Shown here in pieces: positions 31,208 through 41,000 of a stretch of 64,000 nt of DNA; within the stretch, counting starts at the first letter, position 1, and the number at the start of each line of letters is the position of its first letter. The position numbers and the translations under genes are program-made. This stretch comes from Candidatus Melainabacteria bacterium 17Bon1m (lineage in GTDB: Bacteria > Cyanobacteriota > Vampirovibrionia > Obscuribacterales > Obscuribacteraceae), in contig JAVLKG010000015.1 of assembly GCA_032128875.1 (NCBI GenBank), positions 28,346 through 92,345 of the forward strand, read 5' to 3'. The notes under the pieces are model-generated. The model worked only from the letters and a program-made list of their open reading frames with translations, ran no database searches and was not told the origin of the DNA.

Positions 31208-32272
31208 ATGGAGCAATTCCACAAGTACGACCCCGCTCAAATGCTCGGGCCGAGCCCCCTCGCGAAAGCAAGCGATGAGCTCATCCTGACGCACATGGTT
31301 TCTCCCCAAGTGAAAGCCCTTCTGGGTCCTGTAACCGGAGGTCGAGTCGAACTCCGCGATAGTCAGGCCGGCTTTTTCCCCGGGGACGAAGTGTCGAATA
31401 TCAACGGCAACATCATCAAGGGGCGCGACGGCGAGGCGCTGGTGCGCTTTCCATACGTGTCTAGCCTGTACGAACACAAGAACGGCTGCCTGATCATCAA
31501 GCGCGACTTTGCGAAGATCAAGGTCTTTGCGTGGCTCGGCGACTGGAAATCCGGCAAGGCTGACCTAATCCTCAGCAGCGCTCTTCGTGACCGGCGTTAC
31601 GACGGCACAAAACTCGCCAACGACTGCTCACTGCTCGACTATCCTTACGACGACCCTGTGCTGTCGAAGCGAATGACGGTCAACGGCGAAACCGCCGACC
31701 TCGTCACCGCCGAGACATCGCTGTATAGCTACTTCCCAGGCTCGACCATCGCCAAAAGCGGTGGCGGCAAGCAGCTCGACGCGTTTATCGCCAAACCGTT
31801 CACGTTCATGGACCGGCCCAAACTCTTCCTGCGTTTGTTCAAACGCGCCTGGAAGCTGGACCGTTTTCCCGGGCAGAACTCAATTCCCATCCCCGACGTT
31901 GGCAAACTCGCTCACGCCGGCTGGGAAGCTGTCGCGCGCGAGTGCGGCTTGGACGCTCTTGAGACGTGCCCCAGCCATTACCACGTCACTCTGTGGAACA
32001 TGGCAAAGGGCTACACGTTCTCCTATGCAGAGCAAGAAGCGAACATCAACGCCTTCAAGGCCGGCATCCAGAAGCTCAAGGACAACGGCGTCAGTCTTAC
32101 ACGAGCGCAGGAGGCGTGGGTTTGTGTGCTGAACAGCCTGGAACCGAAGGAGCTGATTCCCGAGCACCTTCGCATGGATACTCCGAAGTGGATTCAGACT
32201 TGTCTGGATCAGGAGTCCATCTGGCTCGTGAAGCCGCTTTCGGCGAAAGCTGCTCAACTGCTCAAGAAGTAA
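31208..32272 (+). CDS. Hypothetical protein, possible divergent GNAT-like C-terminal region
   Basis: Strong codon bias, AAGGAG RBS; PGQ...A...G.D.....P..YH......GY.F pattern. Confidence 0.75.
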   Translation: MEQFHKYDPAQMLGPSPLAKASDELILTHMVSPQVKALLGPVTGGRVELRDSQAGFFPGDEVSNINGNIIKGRDGEALVRFPYVSSLYEHKNGCLIIKRDFAKIKVFAWLGDWKSGKADLILSSALRDRRYDGTKLANDCSLLDYPYDDPVLSKRMTVNGETADLVTAETSLYSYFPGSTIAKSGGGKQLDAFIAKPFTFMDRPKLFLRLFKRAWKLDRFPGQNSIPIPDVGKLAHAGWEAVARECGLDALETCPSHYHVTLWNMAKGYTFSYAEQEANINAFKAGIQKLKDNGVSLTRAQEAWVCVLNSLEPKELIPEHLRMDTPKWIQTCLDQESIWLVKPLSAKAAQLLKK

Positions 32273-32353
32273 GAGCAAGCACGGCAAGACAAATAGCCGA
32301 GGCAAATACCGCTAAAAACTCGGCTAGAACACAGCTAAAAATCTCCACAACTC

Positions 32354-32398
32354 AGCAGAAATTCGCACTTTCACAGGTGTCGAATTTCTGCTTTTTTT
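32354..32398 (+). terminator. Intrinsic terminator
   Basis: AGCAGAAATTCG / CGAATTTCTGCT stem followed by a T run. Confidence 0.75.
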
Positions 32399-32721
32399 GG
32401 ACCAGCATATACTATGCCTTTTAGTATAAACGTTTTGCGACTCAACAGTAAAGTCATCAATTTGAAACACCTTGAAGTAAGACTTTAGACAGTGTTCTTC
32501 AGTTTTGGACTCAGTGGTAGCTAAAGCTTTCAACTGAGTCTACTCATCACCTGAATTAGCACTCAGAGCATTCCTTTTCAGCTTATTAATCTGGGATACA
32601 AACAGGTTCTTCACCTATAGGATGCGGGGTTTACGGGTATGAAATCGTAGGTTCCCCATTGAAAAGGGACCCGCTTTGCTTAAAAATCGCTAAACAGCAA
32701 AGCCAGGCACGGTGTTCAAGC

Positions 32722-35064
32722 ATGTACCAGTTAGAAGGCGACAACCAGCAAGCTCTCGCCCCAAACGAGGCTAAAGTTGCCGAAGCAAAAGAGAAAGCCG
32801 CCCAGGGCATGCTCGCTGAAGTTCAAGGCGGTCGCAAAACGACTGCTGTCGTCGATACTGCAGAAAGAGATGCGAATCTGCCTCTTTCCGCAATGATGTA
32901 TTTCGGCGCCATACCGGGAGCTGACAAACCTCCTGAGCCGGTAAAAATGCCGGAAGCGCCAAAGGGTTTTGCAAACAATTTAGCCAAGTCTTTCACTTAT
33001 TCGCTTATACAAGCACCTGTCGATGGTTTAAGTCAGCTCGTCGACAAAAGCTTCGGCTCATCGTGGCAGAAATCACTGCACTTCATGGACGCTCCGGCGC
33101 CAGCGAAATACGGCACATCCGATTGGGCAGCACAGCAAATCGGTGGCGCAGGCGGCATGATCGCGCCTTACTTGCTTTTGCACACCGGTGTTTCAAAAGT
33201 AGTCGGACGCGAAGTTCAAACAGCCAACTCCTTAAGCAGAGCCAATATCGGCAGGTTCGCAGCGCAAGAGTCAGGCATAGCAGCCGTCTCCGGTACGATT
33301 TACGGCGGTGTTTTCACACCGGTAAATTCAGCGTCGCAAGACTTCTGGGGCGACCGCTTCAGAAATGCGGCAACAAGCGGTTTAACATTCGCCACCCTGA
33401 CCGGCAGCTCAATCGGCTTGCAAGGCTTGGGACGCTCTATGAGCGCTCAAGGACGCACAGCCTTCGGCGGCATGCTCCAACACGAAGTCGCTGCCGGCGT
33501 CTTATCGGCAGTGCCGGCTGGTATCGTTCATGCGGACGGCGGTTCGCTTTTGGCAGGCAAGGGCCTGGCAACAGGAAAAGAACGCACAGAAGCAATCACC
33601 ACATTCGCGATGGTGGGCGGCGTCTTTGGCGGCGGTCATCGCTTATTGAACAATTACCGAGCTCGCAATCAAGCGACTGAAACGAACGTTCCTGCAGTTG
33701 ACGCACCAGTCGGAAGCGTGAGAGCCGCAAACGTTTTCATGCTGGGCGAGCGCATCACAAAGCCAAGTGAAGCAGCAAAAATGCCTGAGGTGAAAGGCCT
33801 CACGGAACAGCCAGCCACTGGTGAGACGGCCAACACCGGTACAAAAGCCGAAGCCAATCTTCCGCTTCTCGAAGTCGGCAAGCCAACTACACGCTACCAG
33901 GGCGTTGAACCAAACGCTATCGTCGAAAGAGTCATCGATACCAAGGGCGGCGGCAAAATCGTCATGTTCTCGAATGGCGAAAAGGTCGTCGACATCCCCG
34001 GCGAGCCCATTCGTACACAGAAAGCAGGTGGACACGTTGTCGTCGAAGCACGCGACGGCAAAGTCTCCGAGACTCGCATCAAGAGCCAGATCCCACTTGA
34101 AGAAAAGCCGCTGAACGTAGCCAGCGGCGCATACGAACAAATTGGAAAAGACCTTTCCAATTTCGCAGACCGCCCATTCACACTCGACGGCAGACAATAC
34201 GCTTCGGTGGAAGCTTTCTATCAAGGGCTGAAGTGGCCTGATGCTGCAAAACGCGCAGAAGTAGCAGTACTCACCGGCAAAGAAGCAAAATACTCCGCAA
34301 GAGAAGCACCGAAATCACAAACTTTCGAGTACGAAGGGCAAACATACAAGCTCGGCAGCCCGGAGCATCATCAATTGATGAAGCGCGCTATTCGCGAAAG
34401 CTTGGAACAAAATCCGGAAGTGATGAAAGATTTTGTGGAAACTTATCCACGACCGATCGAGCACAAGACAGGAAGAAGAGAGAATCCACGCTCTGCATTC
34501 CCGGGCTCTGCATTCACTCGCATCCTTTCGGAAATCAGAGCAGAATTGCGTGAGAAGTACGGCATAACCAACGATGCGCCGGCCCCAATCAAACCTGCAG
34601 TCGAGGAAAACATGAGCAAGTCGGTCTCTGAAACTCTTCGCGACGTGGTCAGCTCAGGCAACGCCCCTGAAAGACAAAATCTCGATGTTTACTCGAAAGC
34701 AATGGAAAATTCGCCGCATCGCGTCAAGGAATATGTGACAACAGGCAGTGATTCGGTTGTGATGAAACTGACCGATGGCAATATGCTCAAACTCACAAAA
34801 GAAGGCGAATTGCCCCCGGCAAGATCGTTCGACATGCCCGTTGTAGACAAAGGAACAGCACTTGCCGATCAAATTACCGTCAATTGGTTCATTCAACCGG
34901 AAGCGAAGTCACCAGTTGCACAAGCTGATTTGATGCCATTCTTGCAGAGAATTAGACAAGAAGGCTACAGAATGATTGATCCATCGTTGTCTAATTTAGG
35001 CTATTACAACGGCGAAGTAAAACTGCTCGATCCCTGGGCAGTTGTAGAAATTCCGAAGCAATAA
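32722..35064 (+). CDS. Multidomain effector-like protein: Gly/Ala-rich N-module + NADAR domain + C-terminal minimal protein-kinase-like domain
   Basis: LSNFADRPFTLDGRQYASVEAFYQGLK ... RILSEIR (NADAR, about 34141-34550); GSDSVV..LKLT..IDPSLSNLG..KLLDP (kinase-like, about 34700-35061). Start trimmed to ATG 32722. Confidence 0.8.
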   Translation: MYQLEGDNQQALAPNEAKVAEAKEKAAQGMLAEVQGGRKTTAVVDTAERDANLPLSAMMYFGAIPGADKPPEPVKMPEAPKGFANNLAKSFTYSLIQAPVDGLSQLVDKSFGSSWQKSLHFMDAPAPAKYGTSDWAAQQIGGAGGMIAPYLLLHTGVSKVVGREVQTANSLSRANIGRFAAQESGIAAVSGTIYGGVFTPVNSASQDFWGDRFRNAATSGLTFATLTGSSIGLQGLGRSMSAQGRTAFGGMLQHEVAAGVLSAVPAGIVHADGGSLLAGKGLATGKERTEAITTFAMVGGVFGGGHRLLNNYRARNQATETNVPAVDAPVGSVRAANVFMLGERITKPSEAAKMPEVKGLTEQPATGETANTGTKAEANLPLLEVGKPTTRYQGVEPNAIVERVIDTKGGGKIVMFSNGEKVVDIPGEPIRTQKAGGHVVVEARDGKVSETRIKSQIPLEEKPLNVASGAYEQIGKDLSNFADRPFTLDGRQYASVEAFYQGLKWPDAAKRAEVAVLTGKEAKYSAREAPKSQTFEYEGQTYKLGSPEHHQLMKRAIRESLEQNPEVMKDFVETYPRPIEHKTGRRENPRSAFPGSAFTRILSEIRAELREKYGITNDAPAPIKPAVEENMSKSVSETLRDVVSSGNAPERQNLDVYSKAMENSPHRVKEYVTTGSDSVVMKLTDGNMLKLTKEGELPPARSFDMPVVDKGTALADQITVNWFIQPEAKSPVAQADLMPFLQRIRQEGYRMIDPSLSNLGYYNGEVKLLDPWAVVEIPKQ

Positions 35065-35066
35065 AT

Positions 35067-38000
35067 TTAGTCACGCGGAACAGGAACAGGACCGGTTCCA
35101 TCAATAACCGGCGTCCAGTCATGATTGCGGAAGCGACGCGGCAATCCGAGACCTGTGGGAGACTCGATGAAAGCTTGAATCCAAGGGATATTGTTGTTAG
35201 GACCGCCATACGGCAATATAAGCGCGCTGCGCACATCTGAAAAGCGATACATCGAATTCGACATCATAGTGGTCAAAACGTCTTGCTCATGAGGCGTCAA
35301 ACTGTTGTAGAAGCGGTTGTTCGGGTGGTTAAGCGGCAGATAGGTGCTCGGACTGTCCACCACCTTCACGTTCAGGTGCGGCTTGCCGTCTGCTGGGAAA
35401 AGATTTGGATAATCGGCTTGATTTGTCCATGGATTTTTTCCACCAGGAACATCATGGCGACCCAAAGTTCCAACCGTGATGTCTTGAATGAGCGGCTTGC
35501 CATCCTCCATAAACCGGCTTTGCAAGACACTAAAGACGTTCTTTTGATTTTGATCAAGCAGTTTTGGTATTTGGTGACCACTCATCGCATAGTCATCGAT
35601 AAAAACGAGACGCTTAGTTTTCAGAGATTCATAAAGCGGTTTCAAGCTGTCCGGCACATTCTTCAGTGATTTATATCGAGCCAGAGCACGAATATCATTC
35701 ATCGAAACGAAATTTTCCGGAGTTAGCCCATTCACTTTTCCGTAAAGGTTATTGATCATGTAAGAGCTGCCGCCACCGGCTTCCAAGCCAGTGATAATGA
35801 GCATGTTCTTCGGATCGCCGCCGGGCACAGTTTCCAATATTTTCTTATGCAACTGTGCAGCCTGAGTCATCATGTCGGCATAGGTATTGACTTGCGTGCC
35901 TTCCATCAAAAGCCTTGCTGCAAGCCGTTGTTGCTCAGCGTTCATTTTTCCGAGAAAGTTCTCAATTTGCTGCGGTGTCGCTTGTGGTTCAAATATCTGC
36001 CTGTACAGAGCGTCTGTTTGATAGTCGTTGGCGCCGTGCAAACGCGCAGTATCTGCGGTCAAATCTCTGGCGACTCGACCACCTGTTACTTCGTTTGAGT
36101 TAACAACATGCGCATTGTCAAACTGTTCTCTCACTGTCTTGGCATACTGCTCGCGCAGCAGTTTGGCGGCTGCATCCGAATCGCTAATGCCTTCAGCGGC
36201 TTTTAGACGATTGATCTCGCCAAGCATCTGACCGATTTTGTCTTTGACGGCGCCGTTGTTGCCGGTCATCTGCGCGATTGACAGGTCGTAAATGTTTGGA
36301 CCTCTGGTAAATCCATCCATATCTGCAACAAGCAAATTCTTCACACTGGAAAGGATTTGACGTTGCTCTGGTGTGGCGTTTGCAATATTGTCGAAGAACA
36401 TCACGTTGTTGAGATTGTATTCTTCCCTCAACGAATTGATGCTGTCCTGCTGCTTCTGAATCAACTCGCGCGTGGTTAATTTCTTGCCGGGCAGAACCGC
36501 ATCGAGGTCCCCAGCAGCTTCCTTGGTAAATTTAGCGATTGCATCCTCGGCTGCTTTGATTTTTACGGCTGCTTCCTTGATTCTCAAAAGCTCGGCGCCG
36601 GTCAAAATGCGGACGTCTACATCAAGTCCGCTGTTCGCTCTGAACAAATGAGCCAAACCATTGCCATCACTTGCACCATCCAGAGTGAAGACAGTTGCTG
36701 TGGGAGGGCCACTTTCTTCAGTGAAGCCGCGCGAACGATTGCGCCAACTCCAACCATCAATCTTCTCCGCCTGCTCACGCAAGGCTTCCATGCGCTGATT
36801 GATAGCCTTGTTGGACATGTTCGGTCCAGACTGCTCCATCAGTTCACGCACAATCTTTTGCTCGTCAGCGGTGAGCTTACGGGTGACGCCGTCGATAGTG
36901 TAATCGCCGTTGAATAGGTCGTTGAAACTCTCTTTGGTGATTGGGCGATTGCCAAACTTCGCGCTTATCTGCTCGGCAAACTCTTTGAGTTCATCCGGTC
37001 GCATCAAACCGCTAGGGGCATCTGTAGTGGGTCGAAGCTGCTCGCCTTCTCCCTCACGGCGAGTCGGTGGTGCCTCTGCGTCTTCTTTGGGTTTTACCTT
37101 CTCATCAGGTGTTTCAGTGCGACGCACGACAGACGGATTGGCGTCGACAACCGGCTCATTAGCTACGCGCACAGGTTCTACACCATCGCGTCCAGGAACG
37201 ACAGGTTGCTCAACTACAGGTTCATCCATACGTGCACGAACGAATGTTCCGTCTTCATGAGGGACTACTCTTTGCGCAGGCAAGTTAGCATCAGGTGTGC
37301 CGCGCACAGCAACCTTAGCTCTTGCTCCCAAGTCCTCTAGGGTAGACGCGGCACTTCTCACATACGGACTGGCTGCCGTCCAACCTTTTCCTGCCACGTG
37401 CATGCCAGGGGCCAGCACCCATGTACCCACGCCGCCGCCCAAGCCACCAAATGCGGTAGAAGTAGCAGCCATCTGCATAAATTCCTTGAAGTCGCGAGCC
37501 TCTGCGCCAGCCCGCATAGTTCCGGACAAACCGCCGCCCGCCATACCGGCAAGTACATTATCCGGGGTGCTCTTAATCAACTGCTTGAGAAATGTGCGAC
37601 TTTGCTCTTCCATAGATTCGGCAATGGACTTCTTGAGCATTTGCGCAACGGCCTGCTCTTGTCCTTCCTTAGAAATTTGTTTGGCAAGAATACCAATTGC
37701 TTCATCTGTAATCTTGCCACCCTGCGCAAGTCCTTCTTTGACGAGGGTCGCGGCACCTCTTTTGAGAGCGGCTTCACCACCTTCTTTAAGCAAATGCCGT
37801 CCACCAAGAAACAGTACTTTGTCTGCTGCACTGGTGGCAACGCCGGCTCCCAGGAAAGTTGTAAAACCATCGGCGAAACCGGTCGCCCCATCAAGGGCCA
37901 CCTGACTGCTTCCCCAATCGTAGTCACCGCCCATGATGGCGCCTTTGGCTCCAACTTTAAAAACAGCCGCCGCAGCGCCAGTGTAAGCCAACAACGACAA

Positions 38001-41000
38001 ACTGACGCCACCCGTAAAGAAAGCGCCACCAACAGCTCCAGCCGCAATGGCTGTATCGACGACCGCATCCGCCAATGCTTCTTTAGACGACGCGTGCATG
38101 TCGACCATTTTGTAGACATTGTCGACGTACTCCCGCATTTTTGCCGGGTCTTCAACCATCTTAGCGGCTAGCTGGTTGACTTCATTGTCCAATTGATAAC
38201 CAGTGCCATCCCAGGCACGATCTACAAACCCACTGCCAAAGCCGGATCTTGTCGTAGCTGCGTCATTAAGTGCATAGAGGAATTCAGAACGAGCATCTCT
38301 GCCATTAACCTGACGAAGCGCTTGACGTTGGTCTTTACCGCCCAATTCGGAAACCAAATCAGCCGAAAGATCGGAGCCATATTTGCGGGCGTATTCGTCT
38401 CTTACCTTCTGAATTCTTTGCTGAATGACCTGGTCGATTTCAGCTTCCGTCTTACCTTCTGACTTCAACTGAGTACGATCATTAAGTGCAGCCAGCGTCT
38501 CTCTTATCTCTGCTTCACTCGTCCCGAGCCCTAGTTGGTATGAGCGCAGTTTGTCTTCAGGACGCATCTCGCCCTGTTCCATGGAAGCAAGAGCGACTTT
38601 GCGCTCATCTTCGCTAAGGAAGCCCATGACTCGCTCCTGGAAGCGTTTGTCCGTGAGAATTCTTTGTCTTTCGGCAGCGCTGGCACGCTGAATATCTTGA
38701 TACGCGCCCTGTTCATCGTCGTTGAACACACCGTTATTGAGATCCATCTGCAACTCTACGGAAAGCTTGCCGGTTTCAATCAGCGGCTTGGCATACTTTT
38801 CATAGTCGGAGCTGCCCATGGCACGGCGAGCGGCGTCTTTAAAATTCTCGGAGAAAGCCTTATCTTCAGGCGTTTGCGGATTGGTGATGCGGTCGCGCAT
38901 CTTCGGATCTTTGTCGAACGCGCCCTGTATATCTCTTATGACTTGCGCTTCGTCAGAATCGAAATAAGATGCTTGCAGATTGAGTTTGTCGAGAATTCCC
39001 ATCTGCGGTTTTTCGCCGCGCTGGACTTGTTCTAGCAATCCGAAGGCGACTTTCTGTTCGCTAGGATCAAGTGATTGCTTGAGTTTTGCGTCCAGATCGT
39101 CTTTGAACTTTTTGTCTGCGTCGCTTGCACCCGGCTCGCTGGCGCGTTTGTACTGAGCACGCTCGTTATCTGTCATGTTTTCGAGCGTTTTATAGATTGC
39201 AGCTTCGTCGTTGTTGTACCAACGTTTATTGTCTTCGATAGCGTCAAGAACCGGTCGACGCTCTTGTTTGCTGGCATCGTAAGAGGTCGCGTTCTTTTTG
39301 TCGGTGATCACCTTCATTGTGCGATCGAATTCTTCTTGGGAAAGATAGGTCTTCAATACCTGTTCGATCTTGCCGATTTGCGCTGGATCGTTCTTTAAAC
39401 GATCCCAGTCTTCTTGAGACATGTTCTCCACTGTGGAGATCACATCCTGCATACTCGAGTCATAGATATTGCCACGATGGTTGGCGAGCTGAGTGACGAG
39501 CGATCCGCCTTTTTGCGTGATCATGTCTTCCCATTTCGCGAGTTCGTTTATTTGCGAATCACCGGAGAACCATTTACCGGCGGCGGCTTTCAACTGTTCG
39601 TGTGTTTTGGTGTAATAGTCGAGAGCCTTCTGTTTGTCCGATTCTGAAACAGGTGTTTCCAGCGTTTGATTGTTGGCGATGCGCTTGCCTAAAGCGTATC
39701 TGTCGCGCTCTTCCTTACTCATGCTGGCGAGAGAATGTTCGATGGCTTCTTCGTTGTCGCCTAACCAACTTCTGTTGTCTGTTACTTGAGTGGCAACAGA
39801 GAGCTTGCCGTACTCGGCATAGTCTTGAACATGCCGCAATTCGGTGTCAGTAAGATTGCCGCCGGTCAGGAAGTTGAGAACACCGCCTTCAAATTTCTTT
39901 TTGAGTGTGTCTTTACCTTCGCCGTTTGTAAAGTAGTCTCTGACTTCTTTCGGCGCACGACGCATTGATTCCTGGAACATCTCAGCATTGCCGGCATTGA
40001 CGGCGTTGAGCGCCAATTGTTTGGTTTCTTCCGGCGTGCGGTTATCGTGCCCTTTGATATAAACCTTGGCCGAGTCTTTGGTTGCAGCAGAAAGATTCGG
40101 ATCGTTTTGAATTGCGTCGTTCAGTCCATGTCCATAGCGACGACGATACTCAGCGTCTGTCTGCGCGATTTCCGCAGCACTCATTGTCTCAAGAGTATTG
40201 CGAACAATCTTCTCAAGCTCGGAATTAGAACGCCCGAATGTCTCACCACGTTCTACCAAAGCTTGCCTGATTGTGCCTGCATTGTCAGCTCCATCAGGGC
40301 GATTGAGCAACGACATTGCCTTCTCAAGGTCGGAGCCTTTCATTTCATCGGCAAATTCTTTCTCCAAATTCCAATTGGCGCCGTACTTTGAAGCATGCTT
40401 CTTGTCCCAGATGTCCCTTATCATCTGTCTTTCGGCAGCAGTCTTGTTTTCCAACGTGGCATAAACAGTATCTTTATCAGTGCCAGCGCCCCACATGAAT
40501 CCTTCGTTCATTGCGGTTTCGAGAGCATCGGCAGCGGCTTCCATTGCTTTGTAATTGACGTCCTGGCGAGAACCATCCATCTTGCGCCACTGCTTGTTGC
40601 CCGCTGTGTCTTCCTGATAGTAGGTTCCGTCTTTCTCGACTTTGACGGTCCCTTGCCATTTGGAGCCGTCTTTGGTGTTCGTCCAATTCTTTCCGTCTTT
40701 TGTTTCCCAAGAAGCATCGCCTTCGGTCATTCTATTGACGTTGCCATCGGCACCATAAGCAAAGGTGCGCTTCACGCCTTTGGAATCGAGAGTTTCAACA
40801 ACTTGGCCGGCTTTATTCTCGACTCGATAGACACCGGACAGATCGCTGCGCCTGGTGTTGCCGTCTAACTGTTTGGTGACGACGGTATTGTTTTCAATGT
40901 AATTGTAGTTACCGTCCGGCGTTACCCAAGCAGCGCCTTTAGACTTGTCGCCTTTATTCGACTCCCAATTCTCGCCATCTTTGCTAGTCCAGACTTTTCC

